Sequence record: PQ433349.1
Reading direction: 5' to 3' (one strand)
DNA length: 64,000 bases
Source: Escherichia phage vB_Ec-G1
In this document: positions 9,109 to 18,294 of the stretch, in pieces
Layout: each line of letters opens with the position of its first letter
Numbering within the stretch: position 1 is the first letter of the stretch
The notes under the pieces: model-generated
What the model was told of the DNA's origin: nothing
Seen by the model: only the letters and a program-made list of their open reading frames with translations
Databases searched by the model: none
Translations under genes and position numbers: made by a program

Positions 9109-9801
9109 TTAAATAGCGGTTCCTTCGAAATCCGCCACATTTACGAGATTAATATTTTCAGATTTAGAAGTCAAGTTGTTTTCTGCAACAGATTTTTCTT
9201 CAGTATCCGCCTCGTTACCTGCCACGTTACGAGGTTCTTCTTCACCGTAGGGATTACCGAATTTCAAAAGATTGATCAATTCTTCTTTGGAGAAGTTTTC
9301 TAAATCATCGTCTGTTAATTCAATAATCTCATCTTGTTCTTCAACAAATGTTTCACCACCAGAAAAAGCATCTCGCTTTTTAGCTACTTCCATAGCCTGT
9401 TCTGGTGTTGCCCCTGCATCAAGAGCAGCTAAAGCAAAGTCTGACCCGCTTCCTACCGCATAATATTCTTCATCAATCGGATATGCACGTGTTGGGTTGT
9501 TACCTTCGTGCAGGAAAATACGTCCGTCAGGATGAACAACAAGTGCAATAAACTCTTCATCTTCTTTATCTGGATCAGAGTGAATCATCAAACCAGGGAC
9601 AGCATCACGTGCTGCTTCGCACTGTAGATTTTGTTCAAACCATTGAAAGAAAGAAAGCACGGAGGTCAGACGACCAGCACCACCTACAAGGTAATCTCCA
9701 ATTTTTCGGACCTTTTTGAAATTAATAGAATCTACACGTCCACCAAAAGTTACCTTACCGTCACTCAAAATCTTATTTTTGGTTGCAATAATTGTCGTCA
9801 C
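9109..9801 (-). CDS. HslV-like Ntn-hydrolase peptidase with acidic C-terminal extension
   Basis: N-terminus MTTIIA...DG...VTFGG, KKVRK...GGAG and AVGSGSDFALAA align with HslV core; no HslU-like ATPase adjacent. Confidence 0.8.
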   Translation of the reverse strand: MTTIIATKNKILSDGKVTFGGRVDSINFKKVRKIGDYLVGGAGRLTSVLSFFQWFEQNLQCEAARDAVPGLMIHSDPDKEDEEFIALVVHPDGRIFLHEGNNPTRAYPIDEEYYAVGSGSDFALAALDAGATPEQAMEVAKKRDAFSGGETFVEEQDEIIELTDDDLENFSKEELINLLKFGNPYGEEEPRNVAGNEADTEEKSVAENNLTSKSENINLVNVADFEGTAI

Positions 9802-10304
9802 TATTCTTCCTCCTCTGTTAATGTTTTAAGAACCGCTTTCCCGCCATTCACATATTTGCAGATGTATTCTATCGCACGTAGTGTCTCTTTGTCAACAAAA
9901 ATTTGATCAGACGTTGCGAGCGGGTTATTAAGAAGATCACTGCAATCACGAACAAGCAGTGCTTTCTTATTAAACAAATTACTTAAGAACAGTAACTTCG
10001 CCTCTTCTTCTGTTATGTGCAGAAGGCTAGGATCGGAGCCAGCTATTCCTATTATACAATCAAACAAGCTTTCTTTACTATCAGAAAGTTCTTGAAAATG
10101 GTTTAAAAGCCAATCTTCTCCTAGACACCAACATTTAAACATTTCCAGTTTATCTCGGAGGGTCATATTCTCTAAAGTAAGAGCAATCTCTTTTTCAATA
10201 TGGTTTACACAAATTTGACGAAATTCGTTAGGTTTTACGAGTCCCGTTTGATAGCACTCATCTATACCGCTTCTTCCGATAGCTATTGTTGCTACACCCA
10301 TCAA
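9801..10304 (-). CDS. hypothetical protein (167 aa)
   Basis: Minus ORF. Confidence 0.5.
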   Translation of the reverse strand: MMGVATIAIGRSGIDECYQTGLVKPNEFRQICVNHIEKEIALTLENMTLRDKLEMFKCWCLGEDWLLNHFQELSDSKESLFDCIIGIAGSDPSLLHITEEEAKLLFLSNLFNKKALLVRDCSDLLNNPLATSDQIFVDKETLRAIEYICKYVNGGKAVLKTLTEEEE

Positions 10305-10336
10305 TCCTCCTTATAAATGGCTTCCCTGCCATGTTA

Positions 10337-11095
10337 TTAAATAAACACTTCAGTAATCAGTTTAGACAAACGTCCACGTTTATTATCGTCCGTTGTCAGT
10401 TCAACGTATCCAATAAAATCTACAATTGGCTCACGAACACCCTCTTCATTTTCTGGATACAAAAGTTCCAAAATTTGATGCAGACCATTGCTACGTTTTT
10501 TAATTGCATATGTCTGGCGAACATCGCCTAATACAATAACATGCGTATTAATACCTGCACGTTCAATAAGAAGTTTAAGTGTTTCTGTTGACATAAGTTG
10601 TGCTTCGTCAATAATGACGATTGTATTATCCAGGGTAGCCCCCAACAAATAGTTAGGAATATTCAATTCGATCTTACCTGATCCAATATCGTTTTCCAAT
10701 TTGTTGGCTGTCATGAATTGCTGGAAAATACGTTTTGTAGATTCATAGTGTGCTGCTAGTTTATCTGTTTTATCCCCAGACAAGAAACCAATCTGGTCAT
10801 CTCCGACTTCAGTAGGGTTCTTAATAAAAAGTAGTTTACGGAAGTCTCCTGAACGAAGCATCTGCAAAGCTTTCCATAAAGCAACAGAGGTTTTACCAGT
10901 CCCTGCCGGAGCATTTACAACAGTCAGATCATTCCAAATCATGCTTTGAACAATCTTATTTTGGTCCCCTTCAGGCATAAATTCATCTAAACGGTAATCG
11001 TCATTACCTACCGCTTTTGCTGCATAACGGCTTTCAATCTTTGCTGAATTAGCCAGTTTCTGCCGTTGTGTTTTAGCTGCGGTTTTATTTCCCAT
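10337..11095 (-). CDS. phoH: PhoH-like ATPase
   Basis: Walker A GTGKT, IIDEAQ Walker B, PhoH-like overall pattern; start refined to ATG 11095 with AAGGAG SD. Confidence 0.9.
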   Translation of the reverse strand: MGNKTAAKTQRQKLANSAKIESRYAAKAVGNDDYRLDEFMPEGDQNKIVQSMIWNDLTVVNAPAGTGKTSVALWKALQMLRSGDFRKLLFIKNPTEVGDDQIGFLSGDKTDKLAAHYESTKRIFQQFMTANKLENDIGSGKIELNIPNYLLGATLDNTIVIIDEAQLMSTETLKLLIERAGINTHVIVLGDVRQTYAIKKRSNGLHQILELLYPENEEGVREPIVDFIGYVELTTDDNKRGRLSKLITEVFI

Positions 11096-11109
11096 AGTAG
11101 CACTCCTTT

Positions 11110-11128
11110 TAGAAGGGGCCGAAGCCCC
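11110..11128 (-). promoter_or_regulatory. intergenic UUCG-tetraloop hairpin between lysozyme and phoH
   Basis: On minus strand AGGGGC-ttcg-GCCCCT, no U-run; sits just upstream of phoH SD. Confidence 0.45.
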
Positions 11129-11132
11129 TTTA

Positions 11133-11633
11133 TTAGTTGTAAGCATCTAAAGTTCCAGAAGTCAGAACTTTAATTACTCGTTCAGCACGGTTTGGCGTCT
11201 GGCTATACCATCGGCTTTTACGCATGTTTTTACCTGCTTGAGTATAATATGCATTGCTGATTAAAGTCAAGCTATTTTGAAACCCTTCAGCACCTTTTAA
11301 CCCCAACTGGAAAACCATGTTGATTATTCCCAATTTACGAGTATCACTAACCTTATCATAGATTGGTGATAAGATAGTACTGTTTTTTATGTCTCTCTTC
11401 ACTTTTGCAACATCGTCAGCAAAGATTTGACGGGCTTCTTTTTCTGTGATAACTCCATTAGTCTTACGACCAAGAAGATTATCTAAGATTTGAATAGCCT
11501 TTGCTTTATCTTTTATTTTAGTCAGAAGGTGTCCTATGCCGACTGTCCAATAACCAAGATGGTCTTGATAAACAGTAAGCTTCAGTCCTTCATCGACTCG
11601 TAGCATATCAAACTCATCTACTACTTTAGCCAT
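11133..11633 (-). CDS. e: T4-type lysozyme (endolysin, muramidase)
   Basis: Strong similarity to T4 gene e lysozyme: MLRVDEGLKL..YTIGIGHLLTK..GVIT..INMVFQ..SRWYSQTPNRA. Confidence 0.9.
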   Translation of the reverse strand: MAKVVDEFDMLRVDEGLKLTVYQDHLGYWTVGIGHLLTKIKDKAKAIQILDNLLGRKTNGVITEKEARQIFADDVAKVKRDIKNSTILSPIYDKVSDTRKLGIINMVFQLGLKGAEGFQNSLTLISNAYYTQAGKNMRKSRWYSQTPNRAERVIKVLTSGTLDAYN

Positions 11634-11640
11634 TTACTTC

Positions 11641-11790
11641 CTATTCGTCGTCTCCTACTCCGTGATCCAACTCGTTAAACAACAGATGTTCTGGAGAAGT
11701 TTCACGTTTTGGTTTCGTTTTCTTTATGTTGGACTTCAGCTCATTTGCCAAAGCACGAGAAAAGATCTTACGTTTCTGTTTACTTTTCAT
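11641..11790 (-). CDS. small basic protein (49 aa)
   Basis: Unlisted short ORF MKSKQKRK... with GGAG SD; fills intergenic gap. Confidence 0.35.
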   Translation of the reverse strand: MKSKQKRKIFSRALANELKSNIKKTKPKRETSPEHLLFNELDHGVGDDE

Positions 11791-11795
11791 AATTG

Positions 11796-12056
11796 TTACT
11801 CCGCAATTTGAGCCATGAGATCACGCAGTTCGGTAAAACCGCCTACGTATGTTACCTCCCCGTTCACTTCAGACAGAATTTGTGGAAATGTGCGTGGAGG
11901 AACTCCGGTAAGATCAACAACTGTTTTAGTCATTGATTCTAAATCATAGTCTTGGTCAAGACTTAAATATTCAAACTGTTTATTGCGCATAGTCAATAGT
12001 TGTTTTGACATTTCACAAAATTGACAGTTAGGTTTACCAAAAATTACAAATTCCAT
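11796..12056 (-). CDS. glutaredoxin/NrdC-like redoxin
   Basis: CQFC active-site CxxC near N-terminus, GGF near C-terminus; adjacent to RNR genes. Confidence 0.75.
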   Translation of the reverse strand: MEFVIFGKPNCQFCEMSKQLLTMRNKQFEYLSLDQDYDLESMTKTVVDLTGVPPRTFPQILSEVNGEVTYVGGFTELRDLMAQIAE

Positions 12057-12898
12057 TACCTCTCCTTATTAAGTAATACTGCTAAAGACTGTTCAATACC
12101 TTTATTTAAATCTGATTTTGTAAGATAGTGACTGGTTACTAGTTGTGACTTCACCGGACGTGCTGCTGGAGCATTATAGGTTGAAGCTGATACCGCCGAT
12201 ATCTTAACAGGTTCTGGCATCTGTGTCAAGATCTTTTCCGCAAACTCCGCCCAAGAAATAAGATGGCTTCCTGCAAAATGGTAAGTCTTAACAGACCTTG
12301 ACCAACCTGTTTTTAATACTTCAAAAATAGCTTCTGCTAAATCTGGAGCATATGTTGGACAAGAGAACTGATCAGCAACAATAATAAAATCACGTTGTCC
12401 ATCATTATAGCGAGACAACATGGTTTTTAGAAAGTTATTTCCAAATTCGCTATATACCGAGGCTGTTCGAATAATATATGCATTTGGGTTAACTCCTCGC
12501 ACCATTTTTTCACCAAGTTCTTTCGTATACCCATAATTGTTTATTGGGTTAGGTGTAGTATCTTCAAAAATAGGATGAGAATAATTAAAAATATAGTCTG
12601 TGGAAATATGCACAAAATCAATTTTAAGTTTGCTGCACAGTGCCGCAATATTTGCAGGGCCATAAGCATTAACAGCCAAAGCAGTAGCAAAATCTTGTTC
12701 GGCTTTATCTACAGCCGTATAAGCGGCGCAATTAATAACACCATCTACATAATCTTCAATAATAGCGTTTCGCACAGCTTCAAAATTTGTAATATCTACA
12801 CGTTCTTTAGGATAAATTAAAGATACATTTGCAGGGGCAACTTTACGTAAAGCTTGTCCCAGTTGTCCATTACCACCCAATACCAAATATGTTAGCAT
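12056..12898 (-). CDS. rmlD: dTDP-4-dehydrorhamnose reductase
   Basis: STDYIF, YGYTKELGEK, RTASVYS, NF..TML, DQFSCPT motifs matching RfbD/RmlD. Confidence 0.85.
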   Translation of the reverse strand: MLTYLVLGGNGQLGQALRKVAPANVSLIYPKERVDITNFEAVRNAIIEDYVDGVINCAAYTAVDKAEQDFATALAVNAYGPANIAALCSKLKIDFVHISTDYIFNYSHPIFEDTTPNPINNYGYTKELGEKMVRGVNPNAYIIRTASVYSEFGNNFLKTMLSRYNDGQRDFIIVADQFSCPTYAPDLAEAIFEVLKTGWSRSVKTYHFAGSHLISWAEFAEKILTQMPEPVKISAVSASTYNAPAARPVKSQLVTSHYLTKSDLNKGIEQSLAVLLNKER

Positions 12899-13458
12899 AC
12901 ACCCTCGCTACGTAGCTGTTGAAAAGACTTAGCCATTGCATCTTTTGTTGATAAGATAGGTTTAAAATCTTCGTCAAAAATCATATCGAAGCCCCAATCA
13001 ATCCCTATATCAGGATCATCCCAACGTAAACTTTGTTCGCTGGAAGGGTCGTATGGAGTTGTGCATTTGTATTCGAAGATAGCATCCATACTCAACACTA
13101 TAAAACCATGTGCCAAACCAGGTGGAAGCCAGAACTGTGTATGGTGTCGTGCACGAAGAACAACACCGTCCCAAGCACCGTAAGTAGGACTATCTTTACG
13201 TAGGTCTACAGCGAAATCCAATACTTCCCCACTTACACAACGAACAAGCTTACCTTGCGGATTATTTGTTTGAAAGTGCATTCCTCGCAAAACACCGAAG
13301 TTTGATTTAGACATGTTATCTTGAACGAAAGTTTGTCTACCAATGATATCTTCGTATTTTTGTTCATTATATGTTTCTAAAAAGAAACCACGATCATCTT
13401 TATAAACGTCTGGTTTGATAATTACCGCACCTTCAATTTTTGTTTTTTCTACTTTCAT
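12892..13458 (-). CDS. rmlC: dTDP-4-dehydrorhamnose 3,5-epimerase
   Basis: [44 protein letters not shown] motifs; ATGA overlap with rmlA stop. Confidence 0.85.
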   Translation of the reverse strand: MKVEKTKIEGAVIIKPDVYKDDRGFFLETYNEQKYEDIIGRQTFVQDNMSKSNFGVLRGMHFQTNNPQGKLVRCVSGEVLDFAVDLRKDSPTYGAWDGVVLRARHHTQFWLPPGLAHGFIVLSMDAIFEYKCTTPYDPSSEQSLRWDDPDIGIDWGFDMIFDEDFKPILSTKDAMAKSFQQLRSEGVC

Positions 13459-14333
13459 TTTCTCTCCGCTAATTTGAGCAGGTATTGCCCGTACTCTGTT
13501 TTCTTCAGTGAGTTTCCATGATAGACCAAAGTCTCTAAAGAAATCCACCCTTTTTTGAAAGCAATTTCTTCCAGGCACGCAATCTTCAATCCTTGACAGT
13601 TCTCAATAGTCTGCACGAATTGACCAGCTTCCATCAGACTGGCGTGTGTTCCTGTGTCAAGCCAAGTAAATCCTCGTCCGAGAACTTCTACTTGTAACTT
13701 CCTGTCTTCGAGGTAGCTGCGATTGATATCGGTGATCTCCAGTTCTCCACGCGCGGAAGGGGTTACTTCTAATGCACGTTGAATAACAGAGTTATCATAG
13801 AAATACAAACCTGTGACAGCATAATCTGATTTAGGATTTTCAGGTTTCTCTTCAATAGAAATAGCTTGATGATTACTCCCAAATTCAACCACACCGAATC
13901 GTTCAGGATCTTTCACCAAATACCCGAAGATACAAGCTCCGCCACAAACATCTACCATCTCACTGGCGTTAATCAGTAGTTTACCAAAGCTTTGTCCGAA
14001 GAATAGGTTGTCACCTAAAATAAGAGCAACAGAGTCTTCTCCGATAAAATCTTTACCGATGATGAAAGCGTCCGCAAGACCTCGTGGCTCGGATTGGATT
14101 GCATAAGTGAGTTTTATCCCAAACATAGACCCATCTCCGAGAAGATACTCAAAGTCTTCCTGATCGCCTGGTGTGGTGATGATTAAGATATCCTTAATGT
14201 CAGCCAACATCAATACCGATAAAGGGTAGTAGATCATGGGTTTGTCATACACAGGGAGCAATTGCTTGCTCACACTGCGTGTTACCGGATGAAGGCGGGT
14301 TCCACTTCCTCCCGCCAAAATAATACCTTTCAT
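13455..14333 (-). CDS. rmlA: glucose-1-phosphate thymidylyltransferase
   Basis: [40 protein letters not shown] pattern; start at ATG 14333 with AAGGAGG SD. Confidence 0.9.
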   Translation of the reverse strand: MKGIILAGGSGTRLHPVTRSVSKQLLPVYDKPMIYYPLSVLMLADIKDILIITTPGDQEDFEYLLGDGSMFGIKLTYAIQSEPRGLADAFIIGKDFIGEDSVALILGDNLFFGQSFGKLLINASEMVDVCGGACIFGYLVKDPERFGVVEFGSNHQAISIEEKPENPKSDYAVTGLYFYDNSVIQRALEVTPSARGELEITDINRSYLEDRKLQVEVLGRGFTWLDTGTHASLMEAGQFVQTIENCQGLKIACLEEIAFKKGWISLETLVYHGNSLKKTEYGQYLLKLAERK

Positions 14334-14341
14334 AGCCCTCC

Positions 14342-15334
14342 TTAAATCTTCCCACTCCACCATTGAGGGTTGTTTAAGTACCATTCAATCGTTGAGTAGA
14401 GATCTTGTTCAAATGTAGAGTTTGCACTCCAACCCAGTTCAGACTCTATCTTAGAAGGATTGATTTCATAACGCAAGTCATGTCCTTTACGATCTTCAAC
14501 AAAAGTTATCAAGTTGGAAGAAGGGTAGGTTCCTGCTTCTGGATGTACAGCATCCATGTAGTCACAAACCATATAGATGATCTCCATATTGGTTTTGGGA
14601 TTACGTGTTCCCACATTATACGTTTGACCTGGTTCTCCACCTGTTGCCACTTGAAGAATAGCTCGCGCATGATCCTCAACAAAAAGCCAGTCTCGCACCT
14701 GATCGCCTTTACCATACACCGGAATCTCTTTATTCGTCAAGATACTTGTGATGATTTTTGGGATCAGCTTTTCTGGATGTTGATAAGGTCCAAAGTTATT
14801 GGAGCAGTTGGTTATCACAACAGGTAAACCGTAGGTACGGTACCAAGCTTTCACAAGATGGTCAGATGCTGCCTTAGACGCACTGTACGGGCTTGAAGGG
14901 GCATAAGCTGTCTCTTCGGTAAAGGGAACGCCAGAGTCTGCCATATCGCCGTACACTTCGTCTGTGGAGACGTGTACGAACATCTTCAGTTTATTTTTTG
15001 GGAGGAGCCTTGCAGCTTCCAATAAATTGTATGTGCCAATAATATTGGAGTCGATGAAAACTCGTGGATTCTTGATAGAATTATCCACATGACTCTCTGC
15101 CGCTAAGTGAATGATGAAATCGGGATTGCACTCTACTACTAAACTTTTGACCTGGGTTTCGTTTGCCAAATCTGTTATGCTTAGTTTAACGTGAGTGATA
15201 TCGCCTACATTCTCAATATCTGCTGCATAGCCCATCTTATCAACGACAAAAACTTCGTTATTGGGATCTTGACAAAGAGAGCGCACCACGGCACTCCCAA
15301 TAAAACCAAGACCACCTGTTACCAGATAGCGCAT
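14342..15334 (-). CDS. rmlB: dTDP-glucose 4,6-dehydratase
   Basis: [10 protein letters not shown] Rossmann motif, YSASKAASD catalytic Yxxx[18 protein letters not shown]. Confidence 0.9.
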   Translation of the reverse strand: MRYLVTGGLGFIGSAVVRSLCQDPNNEVFVVDKMGYAADIENVGDITHVKLSITDLANETQVKSLVVECNPDFIIHLAAESHVDNSIKNPRVFIDSNIIGTYNLLEAARLLPKNKLKMFVHVSTDEVYGDMADSGVPFTEETAYAPSSPYSASKAASDHLVKAWYRTYGLPVVITNCSNNFGPYQHPEKLIPKIITSILTNKEIPVYGKGDQVRDWLFVEDHARAILQVATGGEPGQTYNVGTRNPKTNMEIIYMVCDYMDAVHPEAGTYPSSNLITFVEDRKGHDLRYEINPSKIESELGWSANSTFEQDLYSTIEWYLNNPQWWSGKI

Positions 15335-15343
15335 CAGTTCTCC

Positions 15344-15670
15344 TTACCAGACATGTTGAGAAATAATAGTTTCCGTTTTAATGTTATATTTTTCAAGTAG
15401 CTTTGCATAGGCTTCTTTTGCATTCTCATTCAATTGCTCAAGATCTACAGCTATGCTTCCTTCTCCGCCTTCTAAATCAAGGCCATATATGCAATAAGAC
15501 TCATCCGCATCGTAGAAAGGAGAGATGCGGCTTAAGTCAAGACCTTCTTGTAAGAACCAGTTAAAATCTCCGTCAAATTCTTCTTCAATTCTAGGATCTT
15601 CTCCTACAGCCTCTTCCCACTTATTAAAAGGTGCACCCTGTAACATACGCCATTCGATATCAATACCCAT
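15344..15670 (-). CDS. hypothetical acidic protein (108 aa)
   Basis: Minus ORF. Confidence 0.5.
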   Translation of the reverse strand: MGIDIEWRMLQGAPFNKWEEAVGEDPRIEEEFDGDFNWFLQEGLDLSRISPFYDADESYCIYGLDLEGGEGSIAVDLEQLNENAKEAYAKLLEKYNIKTETIISQHVW

Positions 15671-15824
15671 TTTTCATCTCCTCCTCTTCTTGAGCAGCTT
15701 TAATAATTGCTTCATAAATATCGTAAGCAATGCCTCCACAACATCTAGCTTCGAAAGCTATTGCTTCTGCAATGTGATCTGTTAATTCTCGTGGAATGCG
15801 AACATACTCTTTTTCACTCTCCAT
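15660..15824 (-). CDS. small hypothetical protein (54 aa)
   Basis: Unlisted short ORF MESEKEYVRIP...; start overlaps upstream stop. Confidence 0.3.
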   Translation of the reverse strand: MESEKEYVRIPRELTDHIAEAIAFEARCCGGIAYDIYEAIIKAAQEEEEMKNGY

Positions 15825-15966
15825 CTTCTACCTCCAACCCTTCTTTTTCAAAGACTACTACTCGTCCCTCACCATGACAATTCAGGCAAGGAAATGTTAC
15901 CATAATTTCCACTTCCATCTGTCCCGTCCCACCGCACACAGGACAAAAAATAAGTTTTTCAGCCAC
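15814..15966 (-). CDS. small zinc-ribbon protein (50 aa)
   Basis: Unlisted short ORF with GTG start after GGAGGA SD; CPVCGG...CLNCHG four-Cys pattern. Confidence 0.35.
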   Translation of the reverse strand: MAEKLIFCPVCGGTGQMEVEIMVTFPCLNCHGEGRVVVFEKEGLEVEDGE

Positions 15967-16175
15967 TATTCCTCCTTAATTATTTCAAATTTGGCAACAC
16001 CATTTACAATAATATGACCACAAGACATAACTCCTAGCCAAGGATCGCCGTTTTTCTTCAGGCGTTTACCGAATACATCACAAAAACCATTCTTCATTTC
16101 AGAGGCTTCATAAGAAGCCCCTTTATCAAAAACGTCTTTGAATGTGTCGATTATACCAACACATTTCAAAATCAT
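15966..16175 (-). CDS. hypothetical protein (69 aa)
   Basis: Small minus ORF. Confidence 0.45.
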   Translation of the reverse strand: MILKCVGIIDTFKDVFDKGASYEASEMKNGFCDVFGKRLKKNGDPWLGVMSCGHIIVNGVAKFEIIKEE

Positions 16176-17260
16176 TCGAAGTCAAGCTCCTCATCATCAG
16201 AGAGATCTTTGTTAGCTGAATTCAATTTGTAGTTAGTTAACTGAATCTCTTGGGCTGCTGACTGAATCAAATCAGGATTCAACCATTTTTCCATCCAAGC
16301 TAAAGGGCTATGTTTAGGTGCTTTAAACTTGGCTTTCATTTTCAATCGACGATAAATAGGAGCAGCATTGAAATAAACCCACTGTTTAGACAATTCGGCG
16401 TTAAGACCTACAATAAAACGACCTTCACTAAACAGGTAGTCACACCACTGTTCCTCTTGTTCAACAACAGTGTCGAGGATCAAAGTCAACTCTTCAGTAT
16501 TGTCTTCGTAAATTTTACGCCAAATTGGGTCATGCATCAATGCATCAATTACAGCATAATCCATCTTAACATGCAAGATTTCATCTAGCATAATTTTCTG
16601 GATCAGTTTACAAGCCCCAACAAACAGTTGTTGTTCTGCCATAGCAAAAGTAGCAGAGAAGGAAGATATAAACTGAATACCTTCTAATCCAATCAGGGCT
16701 ACCATCCCTTTAAGAATCAGCAGTCGAAGTTCATCGTTAGCTTCAATCAATCCTAGAGCATACTTATGACCAGCTTCTTCCAACTGACCCATGATATCAG
16801 CAATGATACCCATACGATTGAAAATTTTATCATTAATCATAATCTGATTGATGACTTCGATTGGATCTGGAGTACATTGACGGATTATTTCAGAATACGT
16901 TAACGCATGGAGAACTTCCATTTCACTCTGCTTCATCATCATAGCACAGGCTTCATTGTTACTCAAGAATGGAGAGAACAAAGTGATGATTGATTTTGCA
17001 AGAGAATCATTTTCCCATTGGAACGATAAGTTTTTAATCATAACATCATAGTTGTTTTTAGAACAAGCTACGAAATCTTTACGTGTCTGATCCAAGTTAA
17101 CTTCGTTTTCATCCCAATCTTGTGCTTTTTGAAGTTTGTAGAGTTTGTGCATTTCTGGATAAGTTACGTTAACAGAATCAAAGATCCCTAATTGCTCCCC
17201 CAAAAATACTGGATATTTTCCTGTTTTGTAAACTTCATTGTGTAAATTAATTGCTGCCAT
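16172..17260 (-). CDS. nrdB: ribonucleotide reductase class I small subunit
   Basis: Di-iron/tyrosyl radical motifs (E..H..Y region MEVLHALTYSEII; EGIQFISSF..ILDEILH). Confidence 0.9.
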   Translation of the reverse strand: MAAINLHNEVYKTGKYPVFLGEQLGIFDSVNVTYPEMHKLYKLQKAQDWDENEVNLDQTRKDFVACSKNNYDVMIKNLSFQWENDSLAKSIITLFSPFLSNNEACAMMMKQSEMEVLHALTYSEIIRQCTPDPIEVINQIMINDKIFNRMGIIADIMGQLEEAGHKYALGLIEANDELRLLILKGMVALIGLEGIQFISSFSATFAMAEQQLFVGACKLIQKIMLDEILHVKMDYAVIDALMHDPIWRKIYEDNTEELTLILDTVVEQEEQWCDYLFSEGRFIVGLNAELSKQWVYFNAAPIYRRLKMKAKFKAPKHSPLAWMEKWLNPDLIQSAAQEIQLTNYKLNSANKDLSDDEELDFE

Positions 17261-17585
17261 TTAAATCCTCCACTATTTCACAAAAACCTTTTAAGTTTAA
17301 AATATCTTGTTCCTCAACATCATTAGTCCGGTAGAAACCTTCTAAGGCTTGCCATACGCTTCTACCAAGTATAACAGTCACTGTTTCTTCACTTCTTGCT
17401 CTTGTTATTGCGTAAGCCGTAGCTTCTGGATAAAAAGATTCCCAAATCTGGATATTAGCTATTTCAAGTCCGCCAAGATAATGGTGACACCAAACAGGGG
17501 TAAAATCTTCAGGGGGAATCAACAAAGGCTTAAACCCAGGACGGTAGATTGGGGTTACTCCAGGTAAAACTATAAGTGTGCTCAT
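17247..17585 (-). CDS. hypothetical protein (112 aa)
   Basis: Minus ORF with GAGGAG SD between homing endonuclease and nrdB. Confidence 0.45.
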   Translation of the reverse strand: MSTLIVLPGVTPIYRPGFKPLLIPPEDFTPVWCHHYLGGLEIANIQIWESFYPEATAYAITRARSEETVTVILGRSVWQALEGFYRTNDVEEQDILNLKGFCEIVEDLNGSN

Positions 17586-17598
17586 AATCTCTCCTCAA

Positions 17599-17620
17599 TA
17601 AAAAAGGGGCCGAAGCCCCT
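17599..17620 (-). terminator. rho-independent terminator (minus strand, UUCG tetraloop)
   Basis: On minus strand GGGGC-ttcg-GCCCC followed by TTTTTT, after homing endonuclease gene. Confidence 0.7.
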
Positions 17621-17626
17621 GTATTG

Positions 17627-18283
17627 TTAGCCTCGGAATACTGTTTTTGTTTCTGCCAGATTGTAATAGAAATCCGACTTGTTTACAAGTGTTTTGTAAA
17701 CATCCTTACAAAAATGATCTTCCTGTTTGTAACGTTCCGCTGTTTCCCTGATTGACTTAGCTTTATCCTTTAGCCAAGCGAAGTGTGCCTCTTCCTCTGT
17801 AGCGAAGTAGCCTAAATGCTTACCTTTACTCCCAGAAGCTTTGGCATAAATCTTACCATCTTTCCTAACATGTGCTCCTAGTAAGTATTTTCTTTCATAC
17901 CTCTTAGCATAACTTAAGAGTGTATTTATGTAAGGAGGAACAAACCTACAATATTCAGGACAATAAACAGTATTTCCTTCAAGAACAAGATCTTTATCTA
18001 AAACAAAGCCTTCCACATTGTGTTCTTGATACCAGTTATCAAAGTTTGAAAAGGTGAACCAAGCATCACACACAGTAACATCTTTATAACCTGGTCTAAT
18101 GTTTTCCATACGATATGCACGATTAAACATGCCTTTCCAAGCTGCATAGGAAGGGTCTATGAATGTATTAACCCTTTTCCCATTGATAACACCACCTTCC
18201 CACAATCTACGTTCAACATCCACAATCAAGGGGATTTCTCCCCTCTCTGTGAGAACGGTAACTTTACGTTTACCCTTCTTCAT
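17627..18283 (-). CDS. HNH-family homing endonuclease with AP2-like DNA-binding domain
   Basis: AP2-like GYFATEEEAHFAW segment; basic N-terminus; free-standing between nrdA and nrdB. Confidence 0.7.
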   Translation of the reverse strand: MKKGKRKVTVLTERGEIPLIVDVERRLWEGGVINGKRVNTFIDPSYAAWKGMFNRAYRMENIRPGYKDVTVCDAWFTFSNFDNWYQEHNVEGFVLDKDLVLEGNTVYCPEYCRFVPPYINTLLSYAKRYERKYLLGAHVRKDGKIYAKASGSKGKHLGYFATEEEAHFAWLKDKAKSIRETAERYKQEDHFCKDVYKTLVNKSDFYYNLAETKTVFRG

Positions 18284-18294
18284 CTGTTCTCCTA

